Origin: the human T2T-CHM13v2.0 reference genome, Homo sapiens
Strand: one strand, 5' to 3'
Length of the DNA: 64,000 bases
NCBI RefSeq assembly: GCF_009914755.1
Contig: NC_060927.1
The position numbers and the translations under genes were made by a program. Positions 14,475-30,327 of this stretch are shown here, in pieces. Every line of letters begins with the position of its first letter. The stretch's first letter is position 1. The notes beneath the pieces were generated by a model. The model worked only from the letters and a program-made list of their open reading frames with translations. It was not told the origin of the DNA and did not search any database.

Positions 14475-15799
14475 GAAGTCTGTGTACTGGTGTCTTGAAG
14501 AACCATCACCTTTGGAAAAGGTAGATTTTGTCAGCAAACTGGACCTGAGAAATCTTTTATTGCAAGGGAGGCTTCTGGATTAATTGTTCTCTTCTGTTGA
14601 CATCCATAGCTATTGGCACTTGCAAAGATCTTATTTGATGGTTTCTATTCCTTGGGTGACCAAAAGCACTATATCAAAATGCAAATAAGGGAGAATTTTC
14701 AATGTTTAATATTAAACCAGCCCTCCTACCTACAGGAAACTGCCATTTCTGCAAATGGTGTGGAATGTTTTGTTATATGACAAGGAGTGGAAGAGCTAAA
14801 TATGCCCTGCACTTGAACCGCACTCTGTTCATCTAAGAATTCTGTGTATGTTGTATTACATTGGAACTATCTGGATTACAGCACAGACTAATAGTCAACC
14901 AGCCAAAATAAAATCAGCCAAAGATTCATTGCTGTCGTTAAAAACCTCACTTTAGAAAGGAAGGACCTAAGTAGATACTTTAGTAATCAAATCTGAGGAA
15001 GTTCAATTTTACTTGGTTGTGAGAAACATGGAGCATGCAAATACCTAAAATTAAGCAATACTAAAGAAAAAAATAAATTTACTTATCAAAAATGATTAAA
15101 GTGTAGAAGTGAATCTGCTATCACAGTAATTTAATAAACTGAAGCATGAGTTATTTTGGATTGAATTTGTTACATAGCTCATGCATGAAATGATCTGTTG
15201 CTTGTTCTTGTGACTATGAAACAGCAAAGGGAAAAAATGTATTCTGTCCGAGGCATTGTAAAAATATTGAAAGCTTTGAGCCTTTTGTAGAGGCATATGA
15301 CTACAACTTGTCATTTATACTTTACAGGCCAATAATTTTTACGCCGAAATCGCAGATGCTTAGCTTTCAGAATTATCTCTTAATATATAGTGGGTTCAGA
15401 AACTCAACTCTGGCGCCATGAGACTGTCACTCATGTGATTACACTGCCACCATGTGGTTTCAAAGATCCTTTCCAATTAAAAAAATCAAAGATATGGCCT
15501 CTTACGAAAAAGAAAATGATGATTCAAGTATTTTCTCTATTTTTCTTGGTCGTTTGTTCTGTTACAATATTATACATAGTGTATGGATTCTCATGGGAGG
15601 TATGACTGGGGCAGAAATGTAAGAGGTGGTAGTATAGGCTAATAATTATTTGTAGTTCTTCATGAATTCAGCTTCTGCCAAGTGAATACCATCAAGAGCT
15701 TTGCTAGCAGGTGCTACCTTCATTGACCTTTTCTGAATAAATATAGCATTTACAGTGTCCAGAAGAATCTAAAAAATTCCTTACAGATGTCAATAGGCA

Positions 15800-15983
15800 A
15801 GTGTTTCTCAAACTCGGTTCCTAGACTGGCAGCATGAACATTCTTGAGAAACGTATTAGAAATGCCAGTTATTCAGCTCCACCCCATGCACTGAATAAGA
15901 AATTCTGGAAATGGGGCCCAGTAATCTGTTTTAAAAAGCCCTCCCAGGTGATTCTGATGCTTGTTAAAATTTGAGAACGATTG
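15800..15983. mobile_element. MER5A
   Basis: gtttctcaaact...aagccctcccaggtgattctgatgc...tttgagaac termini. Confidence 0.75.
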
Positions 15984-16350
15984 TTAAAGACAATCACATC
16001 TCTCTTAGGATAGATTAACACACATTTCCCTAGATAGTGTTAAATTTAGCCACCTGCTTCGGGCCCCTAAAAAAAAAAAATCCACAGAGAAGTGAAAGAC
16101 AAAGGTCCCAGGGCTTCCTATCAGTTTCGTTGACCAGCACCCTGAAGCCCTCCCTGGGAAGGAAGAAGCAGGTCATCTGGGGGGGTTCCTGTTCCCATCA
16201 ACTGCCCTATCAGCATTCTTTCTTCCCTATTTAACTGCACCTGAAAGAGTTGCTACAGCCAATTCGGAATAAATCTTTCAACCTTTTGGGATTATTGGAA
16301 CACAGTCAATTATGAATGGATGTTATATATAAGACTACTTTTCGGACATT

Positions 16351-16424
16351 AAAAATATAGTTTTTATATATAAGCTAAATATAAGCTAAAAATATAGTTT
16401 TTATATATACGCTAAATATAAGCT
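16351..16424. repeat. 37-bp tandem duplication
   Basis: aaaaatatagtttttatatataagctaaatataagct x2, 1 mismatch. Confidence 0.85.
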
Positions 16425-19400
16425 ACAAATTGGAAAGCCTCCCAGGCTTTAAGAATGTTAAAGAATGGTGGGATGGTATGAATTGGAGACTCCATGCCCT
16501 GTCATTACAGCCAGACACTAAACTGCTTCCCAACTCAGTTTTCTGTAGTCATGCACAAAGGTTGGCCTCATGCTACTAGGACTTCTGATATTTATAATAT
16601 GAAAAGTCAGAAAGAATAAATTTTATGTAAAATGTCAAAATTTTAAAGTATGAATTCAAGTTTACGTGCATGTATAAATAAATAAATGAAAACATATCTG
16701 CCAGTTTGATTCCATCTACTGACCTCCAGAATCTTGTTTCTGGGGTAAACAGTTAAGGAAAATTGTGGTTATCAACCTCAGCATACATTTATGAACATAT
16801 GTATGTCTGATATTGAAGTGATTTGTGTCCATGCTTTTTCATCTTTGTATGTGTAAATACATATCCTTTCTCTTCCTCTTCCTCCTCCTACTCTCCTCCT
16901 TCTTGTTTGTGCTTCCATAGAAATTTTAGGATTGTTTTCCTGTTTCTTTGAAGAATGTCATTGGTATTTTGGTAGTGATTGCACTGACTATATACACAGC
17001 ATGGAAACCTAGCATCTCAAAACATGGGGGAAATATTTTATTTGGTAACGAAGTAGCTTCAAACTGAGTAAAAGCAAAAAATCTGAAAGGTGCCTGAATT
17101 CAAAAAGCACATCTCTAAAGTGCCATGCTTTATAGAAGAGAATGTATGATATTTTTACTAATATGAAACATGTTTTCAAAGCATTTAAAAATCTTTCAAG
17201 ATCTTACAAATTTCACAGCACATACAGAATAAAAATATTGAGAATATACGACTTACTTGTAGTGTAGGTTATTCTTAGGGACATATAAAATACTTAAAAA
17301 TATCAAGATTAGGAACAAAATTAGGCACTCAATTGGAACAAAAATCAGATTTTAATTGTTTTTATCCCTGGCTATGGAAAGAGTGCTTAATAAATAGCAG
17401 CTGAACTAATAGAAGAATAAGTATTGATCAGGTGTTACTGAGAGAATTTTCTACATAAGGCATGGTCTCTGCAGCTTAACCCTCACTGTCCTCACTGTGT
17501 CCAAGATTCAGAAAGTGCGTCTTATATCATTGCAAGTTGGAGGTTTTCTGAAAGACTTCAAGAACAACTTTAGATAGAACCTTGGTTTTTCTCTGTGGTT
17601 TCTTTCCAAATCTAGTAAAATTTCAGTGGCTGTGCTGCTGATCATATATTTAAGATTGATAGAACTAATTCTGGGTTAAATTACAATGTACACACCAAGC
17701 TGAAGATCATTCTGGTCACTCGGGGCCAATGTCTGGATACATCCCCATCCCTTGGCACAACAGAAGCTAGTTTTTCAGACTGTTTCCAGATTTAATGAAG
17801 ACCTCCTGCCCCAACTATCTTGACCTATAGAATATCATTGTGGTTAGGATTCTGAACATGGGGATCCTTTACTTTCCTTCCTCATGGATTTTAGAGTTTC
17901 AAGAGTATCCCATAAAAAAATGCATATTCAGTAGTCCCCACTTACCCTTAATGTATATGTTTCAATATACCCAGTGGATGCCTGAAACCACAGATAGTAC
18001 CAAACCCTATATATATTATGTTTGTTCTATCCATACATACATATGATAAAGTTTAATTTATAAACAGGCATGGTAAGATATTAACAACAACAAAAATAAA
18101 ATAGAACAATTATAATAATATGCCAGCATAACTACTCTTGTGCATTGGGGTCATTATGAATTAAAACAAGGGTTACTTGAACACAAGCATTGTGATACTG
18201 CCACAGTCAATCTGAAAACTGAGGAGGCTACTAAGTGACTAGCAAGCAGGTAGAGTCTATGGGGTGAGTACTCTGAACAAAGGGATGATTCAAGTTCCAG
18301 GTGGGAGAGAGCAGAAAGATAAGGGAGGGTGTCAGATTTCATCACACTAAGAATGGCATGCAATTAAAAACTTATGAATTGTTTACTTCTAGAATTTTTT
18401 ATTTAACTTTTTTCAATTTAGAATTTTCAAATTTTCTTAAATATTTGATACATAAGAAGTACATATTTTGAGGTTATATGTAATATCTTGATACAGTCAT
18501 ATATATTGATCAGATCAGGGTAAGTGGGATATCTGTCTCCTTAAACATTTGTCTTTCCTTTATACTGGAAATAATTATTATCCTCTAGCTATTTTGAAAT
18601 ATGCAGCAGATCATTGTTTAGTCACCTTACTGATTTATCAAACACCAGGTCTTGTTTCCATAATCTAACCATATTTTTGTTCATATAAATCAACCTCACT
18701 TTATTTCCTCTCCTCCAACCCTGGCCCTTCATGGCCTCTGGTAACCACCAATCTACTCTTTATCTTCATAAGATCACCTTTATTACCTCCAACATATGAG
18801 AGAGAACATGTGATACTTGTCTTTCTGTGCCTGGCTTATTTCACTTAACATTATGACTTCCAGTTCCATCCACTTATATTGCTGCAAATGACAGGATTTC
18901 ATTCTGTTTTATGGCTGAATAATATTCCATTGTGTAAATACACCACATGTTCTGTATCCATCGATGGCCTCATAGGTTGATTCCATATTTTGGCTATTGT
19001 GAATAGCGCTGCAATAAACATGGAACTGTAGCTATCTCTCTAATATATTGATCTCCTTTCTTTTGGATATATACCCAGTATTGGGATTGCTGGATCCTAT
19101 GGTAGTTCTATATTTTGTATTTTTAAGAACTCCCATGTCATTTTCCAGGATAGCTATATTAACCTACCTTCCTAGCAACAGTGTACAAGGGTTCTCCTTT
19201 CTCCACAATCTTGCCAACATCTGCTATTCCTTGTCTTTCAGATAAAACCAATTTAACTGAGGTGAGATGATACCTCATTGTGGTTTCCCTTTGCATTTCC
19301 CTGATTATTAATGTTGTGTAATTTTTATATACCGATGGGCCATTTTTATGTCTTCTTTTGAGAAATTACTATTCAGATCTTTTGTCCATTTTTAATTGGA

Positions 19401-20183
19401 TTATTTATTTCCTGGGGGGGGGGGGTTGTTTGCTTTTTTGAGATTCATATATATTCTGGTTGTTTATCCCTTGTCAAAAGGATAGTTCACAAACATTTTC
19501 TCCCATGCTGTGCATTGTCTCTTCCATTTGTTGGTTGATTCCTTTGCTATACAGAAGCTTTTTGCTTGATACAATCTCCTTTGTCTATTTTTGCTTTTGT
19601 TGTCTACACTGTGGAGGTCCTGCCCCCAAAAACCTTGCTTAGCCCAATGTCCTGTAGCTCCTCTTCAGTGTTTTCTTGTAATAGTTTCATAGTGTCATGT
19701 CTTATTACATTTAAGTCCTTTAATCCACTTTAAGTCGACTTTTGTATATTGTGAAAGATAGAGGTATAGTTCCATTCTTCTGCACATGATTATCTAGTTT
19801 TCCTACCACTATCCATTGAAGAGCCTGTCTTTTCCTCAAAGTGTTTTCTTTGTGTGTTTGGCAAAAATGAGTTGACTGTAAATGCATGGATTTATATCTG
19901 GAGTTTCTATTCTGTTCCATTGGTCTATATGTCTCTTTTTATGCCACTACCATGCTATTTTGATTACTATATCTTTGTAGTATATTTTGAAGTCACGTAG
20001 TGTGATGCCTCCTCCTTTGTTCCTTTTGCTCAGGATTGCTGTAGCAATTCGAGGTATTTTGTGCATCCATAGAAATTTTAGGATTGTTTTCCTATTTCTT
20101 TGAGAATGTCATTGATATTTTGGTAGGAATTACATAGAATCTATAGATTGCTTTGGATAGTATTGACATTTAAACAACATTAA

Positions 20184-20830
<647 letters not shown>

Positions 20831-21571
20831 CATCTTTTACTTCTTTAGTTAAATTTATTTCTATGTATTTTATAATTTTTATAGTCATTGTACATTTCTT
20901 AATTTCTTTTTCATATTGTCCACTGATGTTGTATATAATACTAATGATTTTTGTGTACTGTTTTTGTATCCTGCAAATTTACTGAATTTATTTATCAGTT
21001 CTAAGAGTTTTTTGGTGGAGTCTTTAGGTTTTTCTAAATATGAAATCACATTGTCTGCAAACCAGGATAATCTGATTTCTTCCTTTCCAATCTGAATGCC
21101 TTTTATTTTTTTCTCTTGACTGATTACTCTGGCTAGAATTTCCAGTATTATGTTAAACAAAAATGGTGAAAGTGGGCATCCTTGTCTTGTTTCAGATTTT
21201 AGAGAAAAGGATTTCAATTTCTCCTTATTTAGTATGATGTTACTTTGAGTATGTCATGTGTGGCCTTTATTGTTTTGAGATATATTTCTTCTATCCCCTG
21301 TTTGTTAAGTATTTTTATCACCAAGGAATGTTGAATTTTATGGAATGTTTTCTCAGGATTCATTGAATGATCATATGGTTTTTGTTTTAGGTTCTATTAA
21401 TGTTATGTTTAACATTTATGATTTGCATATGTTAAACCATCCTTGCATCTCTGGAATGAATTCCATTTGATGAAGATGGTGAATAATCTTTTAAATGTGT
21501 TGTTGAATTCGGTTTGCTTATGTTTTTTGAGGATTTTTGCATTTATGTTAATCAGATATATTGGCCTGTAG

Positions 21572-21979
<408 letters not shown>

Positions 21980-24900
21980 GAAGAATTTTAGTAGAATTGG
22001 TATCAGGTCTTTAAATGTCTGGAATAATTCAGCAGTGAAACTATCAGGTCCTGAACTTTTCTTTGATAGGAGACTTTTATTGTGACTTTGATCTCATTAT
22101 TTACTATTGGTTTGTTCAGATTTTCTATTTCTTCATGGTTCAATCTTGGTAGTTTATGTATTTCCAGTAACTTATCCATTTTTCCCAGATTTTCCAATTT
22201 GTTGCCATGTACTTGTTTGTAACAGTCTCTATTCTTTGAATTTCTGTATTATCAATTATGTCTCCTCTTGTATTTCTGATTTTATTTATTTGGGTCTTCT
22301 CTGTTTTTTCTTAGACTAAATAAAGGCTTGTTCATTTTGTTTATCTTTTCAAAAAACCAGCTTTTCATTTTGCTGCTACTTTGTATTTATTTAAGTCTCA
22401 ATTTCATTTATTTCTGGTGTTATCTTTTATTTCTTTCTTACTATTAAATGTGAGTTTAGTTTGTTCTTGCTTTTCTAGTTCCTGAAGGTACGTCATTAGT
22501 TTCTTTATTTGAAGTCTTTCTACTTTCATTTGTTGCTATAAACTTTCCTCTTAGCACTGCTTTTACTTTATCCCATAGATTTTTGTATGTTTTAGTTCTT
22601 TTTCCATTTGTTTCAAAAATTTTAAAATTTTATTCTTAATTTATTCATTGGCCCATTGATCATTCTGGAGTATGTTGTTTAATTAACATGTGTTTGTATA
22701 GTTTCCAAGGTTTCTCTTGTTATTGACTTCTAGTTTTATTTCATTGCAGTCAGAAAAGATAATTAAGATAATTCTACTTTTTTGAAATTTTTTAGATTTT
22801 TTTTGTGTCCTGAGATATGGTCTTTTCTGGAGACTGTTTCATGTGCTCATGAAAAGAATGTATATTCTGCAGCAACTGGGTGAAAGGTTCTGTATATGTC
22901 AGCTAACCCCATTTGGTCTAGTGTGTAGTTTAACTCTTACACTGCTTTGTTGATATTCTGCCTAGATTATCCGTCCATTACTGAGAGTAGTTTGGTAAAG
23001 TCCACTCCTGTTATAGTGCAGCCTTTTTCTTGCTTTAGATCTATTAATGTTTATTTTATATACTTGGGTGCTGCTGTGTTGGGTTCATAGACATTATAAT
23101 TGTTATGTCTTCTTACTGAATTGACTCTTTTGACCTGTGTCTTTTTGTTCAGTCTTTGGCTTGTGATGCATGTTATCTGATATAAATATAGCTACTCCTG
23201 CTCCTTTTTGGTTTCAATTAGCATGAAATGTCTTTTTCTATCCCTTCACGTTCAGTGTATTTGTGTCTTTTTGAGTGAGGCTTGTTTTTTGTAAGCAGTA
23301 TACATTTGAGTCTTATTTTTTTGTGTACTCAGCTACTCTATGTCTTTTCATTGGATAATTGAGTCTATTTGTATTTATGGTTATTATGAATAAGCAATGA
23401 CTTACTACTGTCATTTTGTTATTTGTTTCCTGGTGATTTTGTAGCTCCTCTCTTCCTTTCTTTCCTTTGTGGTGTACTGATTTTCTCTGGTAGTATACTC
23501 TAATTCATTATTTTTTATTTTTAGTGTATTTACTGTAGGTTTTTGCTTTGTGATTACCGTAAGACTTACAACAAACATCCTATGGCTATAGCAACTTATT
23601 TTAAACAGATGACAATGTGTCTTTGATCACAAAGAAAATAATAAAAACAGAGGAAATACTATTGCCCCTTATTTTGACCTTTTGTTGTATCAATTGATAT
23701 ATTTTTATATTACCTATCTCTTAATAGGTTGCTGTAACTATTATTGTTTTGACATATTTGTCTCTTAGTCTCCATACTAGAGTTATGAGTGAATTGCATG
23801 CCACAATTACAGTGTTAGAGTATTCCAAGGTTGTGTACTTACTTTTACCAGTGGGTTTTGTATCTTCAAATGTTTTCTTTTTGCACATTAATATTTTTTC
23901 TTTCATAGTGAAGAGCCCCCTTTAGCATTTCTTGTAAGATGAGTCTGCTGATGATAAATTCCTTCAACTTTTATTTGAAAGACTATCTCTCCTTTTTATT
24001 TGAAGGATAGCTTTGCTGGATACAGTATTCTTGGACAGTGTTTTCTCTCTTTCTTTGAGTATTTCGAATATATCCTCCCACTCCCTCCTAGCCTGTATGG
24101 CTTTCATTGAGAAATCTGTTGCTAGACAAATTGGAGCTTCTTTATATATTATTTGCTTTATTTATCTTGCTGCTTTTAGGATGCTCTCTTTGTCCTTGTC
24201 TTTTGTGAATTTGATTATTATATACCTTGGGGTAGTCTTACCTGGGTCAAGCCTGTTTTATGTTCTCAAACATTCCTATACTTGGATGTTTATATCTTTC
24301 TCAAGTTTTGGAAAATTTCCTGCTATTATTTGAGTAAGCTTTTTACCCCCTTGCTCTTTCTCAGCTCCCTCTTGAACACAAACAATTCCTAAATTTGCTC
24401 TTTTGACGTAATTCTCTACATCTTATAGGCATTCCCCATTTCTTTTTATTGTTTTTTTCCTTTGGCTGTGTTTTTGTATATTTTCAAATAGCCTGTATTT
24501 GAGTGTACTGATTCTTTCCTCAGCTTAATCCATTCTGCTGCCGAGAGCCTCTAATCAGTTTTTCAGTTCGGCAAATATATTTCTCAGTTCCATGATTTCT
24601 ATTTGATTTTTAATAATTATTTCAATCTCTTTATTAAAATTCTCTGAAAACTTCTGAATTATTTTCCTGTGTTATTTTAGATATCACTGAGTTTTCTTAA
24701 AACTGTTATTTTGAAATCTTGAGAGTTCACTTGTTACCATCTTATTAGGAACAGTCACTGACTCCTTGCTTTGGCCATTTGGGAAGGTCATGGTTCCTCC
24801 CCAACAATTTGCTGTTGTTACTTGTGGATGTACATCTGTGTCTTTGTATTAAAGGGGAAGTTATTTATTTCAGTCTTTTCTGTCTGGCCTGTTTGGGTTT

Positions 24901-25494
24901 TTATTGGATATGTTTGCTTAGAGATTTGTTTGCAATTGAATGTGTTTTTTGCTAGGTCACTGCCTCGTTTTCAGCAATAGATGATGTCTTAAAGCCAGAT
25001 TTGCGCTGGCTTTAGGAAACATTTGGAATGCTACCCATTCCAGATTTGGGAGGTCCCAAAGAGGATATGCTAGAAGTATGGGAAGGCTGGCTAGAGTTTT
25101 ATGCCCAGGGGACCCTTGGAATATACCTCCTAAGGTTTGGCGCTGCTGAATAACCACTCTGATTTGTCAACTCTTTTGGTCAAGACACAGAACAGAGTTT
25201 CCAGGGCTGGGGATGGTAGTTGTGCCTCCCACATTTGTCTCTGGCTGTCGTCAGGGATATTTTTCACTTCAGGCCCTGCAAATACTCTCTGTGGGTTGAG
25301 GCAGGAACAGGTCTCCTGCTAGGGAACACAAGATAGTGGGAAAGCTGGTTGTCCACCTCAATCTCGCTTTTTCTAGTACAGTAGCCCTGAGTGGGGAGGG
25401 GGAATTTTCCACAGGCTTGGTGCCTGGCAGATTAGGAAAATGGTGTACCACATATAAAAGTCCAATTCTTTGCCATTTGAACAAAGACTTTTGA

Positions 25495-25822
<328 letters not shown>

Positions 25823-26227
25823 TCCCTAGCACATTTAAATTTTGGGATGTTTCTAGTGATAATCTCAGTATTGTATATTTGTTTTGTTTTTTTGTGGGGA
25901 AAAGGGAAACAGGCTTGCTTCTGCTCCACCACTTTGGTGACATCTCCATTTTGTATTTTCAGATGACAGTTGACCATAGGTAACTGAAACCATAGAAAGC
26001 AAAACTGCAAATAAGGAGAGACTGCTGTACTCTTGGTAGGGATTAAAATGTAATATTTTTCTCATCTACTCAACAAATGTTATTAGGAATTTGGCCTTTT
26101 TAACTGGAGAGAACCAGACAGATACAACGAAGATTTCTGCGTGACTCCTGAGAAGGAAGAGTCCAGGCACCAGGACCCAAAATAAGTAATTGGATGACAA
26201 TGTAATTAAGGTCAGAGTGGAATTTTC

Positions 26228-27285
26228 AGGGCTGGTGATGGTAGTCCTGCCCCTCCCCTTTGTCTCTGGCTGTCCTTAGGGGTATTTCTGTCTTCAGGCA
26301 CTTTTTTTTTTATTATTTTGGTAAATTATTTTATTTCTTGCATGATGATTTGGAGGAACTATCTTCAAACCAGTACAAATATTTCATAAATAGCATGTGG
26401 CCATTTTCTAACCAATTGAGTAATTTGTTGCACAATAAGCCTCTTCACATCTTTCAGCAAGATATACATTGAATTTGAATAGTAAAGACATTACGCAATA
26501 AATTAGGACACAATTAAAATTTGCTTTAAATATTTCTTTGGGGGAGAGGACACCACACTTCCACTCAATGAAAAGAAACACTTTTGCAGTCCAGAGGTCT
26601 TTTACTTTTCTATACCTATTTGCCATGAATCCATAGCGACTGGGTTCCGGCAGCTCAGGCTCCTTCTCACTGGTTCTCCCAAAGTGTGCATCTCTGGGTG
26701 GAGCAGGCTGGCACTTCTCTTGAACCCAGGTGACTTTCTCTTTGGCTTTCTTCTTTTCTGATCATTTTCCTTCACAAGTTTCAGGAAGCTGCCTCAGCCC
26801 TTAAAGTGCTTAATATGCTCAATATGAACAATAATTCTCCTGACAAGAACCTTGCCCATAACTTGTTTGCTTACAACAGTGCCAACAGCATGCTGTGTAA
26901 CATTGTAGACCCTCCCAGTTTTGCCTTCGTAACACTTGTAGGACATTCCTTTTTGATCAGTATTCATTCCCTGGATGTCTACAATATCACCTTTCTTATA
27001 AACTCTCATGTACATGTCCAAAGGAACAGCTCCATGTTTTCTAAAAGGCCTAGAGAACACGTATCAAGTGCCTCTCCTCTTTCCCTTTGTGTTCATTTTG
27101 GTGAATTACTAGAAAATGGCAGTTCTGGCCCAAAGGAAGCCAGGCGCTTTCATTGTTCCCTGTTGGTTGAGACAGAGACAGCATTGAAAGGGAACCCTGC
27201 CAGGGAACACAAGATGGTGGGCTGTCCACCTCGATCTCACTTTTTTCAGTGTAAAATCCCTGACCGAGGGGAAATTTTCCATAGA
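26228..27285 (-). mobile_element. Second L1 5'UTR fragment (26228-26300 plus 27141-27285), split by the RPL21 retrocopy
   Basis: Both pieces align in order to the L1 5'UTR at 25204-25415. Confidence 0.7.
26302..27139 (-). pseudogene. RPL21: Processed pseudogene of ribosomal protein L21
   Basis: Minus-strand translation [29 protein letters not shown] matches RPL21. No introns, pyrimidine-rich 5' start, ATG at 27096, early TGA (27066-27064), poly(A) from 26302, TSD-like CAGGC(A/G)CTTT flanks. Confidence 0.96.
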
Positions 27286-28989
27286 CTCAGTGAAAAAAAA
27301 AACTGCTTACACTGAGGGAAAAATAAACAAGTAATCTGTCCCAACAGATCTAAAATGACTACATAGAGTAGTTAATATTTGAACCGGGTCTCCTAGAACT
27401 AATAGGCACTTATCTGGAGCAGGAAGAGGAGATAAGATGTGAACACATCAAAACCTGTTTTCTTGTGGCTACAGTATCTGCCAACCATTGTATCTTTGAA
27501 GCCTAGCACAGAACCCCTATAATGAATTCAATAACTATTATTTGAATTCAAGAATAAATGAGAGAAATAATGACTTGAATGTATGTAGGGCAGCATGAGC
27601 CATAGAAGAAATAAGATAAGACAAGAAAGATTAGTTAGGAGAAGACACTTTGAAGACCACACTATAAAAATTGAATTTTATTCTGTACATTAGTGGGATC
27701 TCTTGCATCAGGATGTATTGAAGTACTTTTTCAAAATGCGGTTTCCTGAATTTCACCACAGATTAACAGAATCAGATCTCTTGGGGACTGAATCAAGGAA
27801 TCAGCATCTTCTGCACTCTGTGAAAGCTACTTCTGGAAGCAGTGCCCAATTTTTAAAATGTTAGTTTTGAGTTTGGGGGAGGGCTAAATATCTTAAGGGA
27901 TCTGTTGAAAGCTAGGGAAATTCTTCCTATAAAAACGTATATACACATTCATTTTTACTAACAATTTCAGAGAGATCATGAAACCCCTGAGATTAACCTA
28001 TGGACTCAGGTTAATAGCCTCAGAAACCAAGCTGGCTAACATTTGGCTTAGGAAAATCAGGTATGAACAATTGTAACTAAGAGTTATAGTGAAAAGGCCT
28101 TTAGGTGAAGCTGAAGAATATAGACAGTTTCCTCTAAACAACTGGTCTTTTGTAGAGGACCAACCTAATCTCATCCTGTCAATATTTACTATAAAAGAGA
28201 CGTTCACATGTGAAAAGAGAAGAATTTATGCTGGGAGCCAGGAAGCTTCTAGGTCATTTCCGTCTTAAGTAAAGCATTTCATGAAAAATTGGAATGTTTC
28301 AAACTGAAAAAACGTACTTATTGAGCATTTAGAAACTGATTTTTTTTGCTCTGTTTCAAATAACGAAGTTGTTGCAAGTCTAGAAAATGTCCAAGTGAAC
28401 TGTTTATGTAATTAATGCTTCAAAAATTTAGATTATATCTAGAAATCTTGGTCTCTTTCCGATAATCTAGCATTTGGGAACCATGGTGTGGTTCTATTTC
28501 CACAAAAATTAAGACCTCTATCTGCAAATAACAGCTAAATGGTCTATTGCTAGAGATATGTCACATGGAACAAGATAAAGTCTATGAAAACAGCCCTTTG
28601 AAAAAGTCATGGCTGAACTCTAATGACCTAAATTATTTAATGCAAACATTGTGTGTAACTTTGGAAATTTAGGGCAGCTCTCTCCCTGCCATAGTCAACT
28701 AAAACAAGCCTGTTTATGTGAAAGCAATGTGGAAACAGAGTTCGGAGGCACAACGTGCTATTCGTTGTACCTGGGGCGGAATCACTGAACTTCATCTAAA
28801 CTTGGAGCTGACTCAAAAACCGGGTGAGAAGGAAAGAACTTGACACCAAGAGACAGAGACTGTGCTGGAATATGTGGGAGGGCTTCATGAACTGCAGAGC
28901 ATTATATGGAGTTAAGAAGGTAACAGTGTATTCAGTTCACAACTTATAGTCTTGTTCTGTCGGCTTTTAATCACTGATTAATAAACAAC

Positions 28990-30000
28990 ATCATATTATA
29001 ATTCTCAACCCACAACTTGTTTTTTCACTCAACATTGCTTTGGAATTTAGTTTGTATTTATATATGTTGACAATGTCCATTTCTTTTAAATGTGTAAATG
29101 CCCTGTTGTATGAATGAGCCAAAACTTTGCTTTCCATTCTAAAGGGAGATATAGGTTGTTTTTAATTGTCTAGTATGGCCAATAGCTTTTCAACAAACAT
29201 CTCTCTGCATATCCCCTTGTGCACGTGTGGTAGGGTTTATTTAAGGTTTCTACCAGCCATGAATTTGCTGGGTCAAAGGATACTGCATTGTAAACTTTGT
29301 TAAATAACTTCAAATTGTTCTCCAAAGTAGGCAAATCAGTGAACGCTGTAGTTGCATTACTTTATTGTCTACCTTGTGTCAGCCTTCTCTAATTGCTAGT
29401 GAGCTTTTGCGTCTTTTCATACATTGTCTCTTCAAGTGTACTCTTCCATGAATTGCTGGTTAATATTCTGTGCCCATTTTTCTAGGTGCCAAATGCTAAT
29501 CTTGGGATCAATTGGGATATACCTATGAGCAAAATAAAGAGCACTACTCTTAGAGTTTACCTTCTAGCAAGAGGAAATGTATTATGAAGAATAAACATAA
29601 TAAACAAGTGCATTTTATAGCACAATAGAAGGTGATAAATACTACCGGAAAAAAGACAAAGTAGGACAGGGTAATGTGAAGGGGATTGGGGCCACAGAGT
29701 AGGCAAAACATTTTATTGTATTAAATAGGGTGGTCAAGGTGGGCCTCTTTGAGAAGGCAGGATTTGAGTCAAGATGAGGAAGTAAAGAACAGCAAGAGGT
29801 CAGTGAGTCAGAAGTGGAGACACAGAAGAGAAGAGCTATAGAGATGAAGTCAGAAAAGTAGAGGGGAAGGGTTGCTATATAGGGTCTTGGGGGCCATTGT
29901 AAAACTTGGCTTTTAGCTGAATGAAATGGGGGAACCACTGAAGGGCTATGAGCAGAGAAGTAACATGATCTGGCTTATCATGTTATTGGCTTATGTTATA
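28990..30000. mobile_element. Old L1ME fragment followed by an L2 fragment
   Basis: ttttttcactcaaca/ttgctgggtcaaagg motifs, then L2 motifs ggcctctttgagaagg and gagcagagaagtaacatgatctg. Confidence 0.55.
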
Positions 30001-30014
30001 AAAGAACCACTTAC

Positions 30015-30327
<313 letters not shown>

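Noticed and set aside
12994-14583. 529-aa ORF and overlapping Ser/Pro/Leu- or Glu/Arg-rich ORFs
   Set aside because: Artefact of a C/T-only tract that cannot form stop codons.
20885-21217. Reverse-transcriptase-like ORF
   Set aside because: Short open piece of a decayed L1 ORF2, with the catalytic motif degenerate (FADN).
26806-27315. 169-aa + strand ORF
   Set aside because: Antisense shadow of the RPL21 retrocopy plus L1 UTR.
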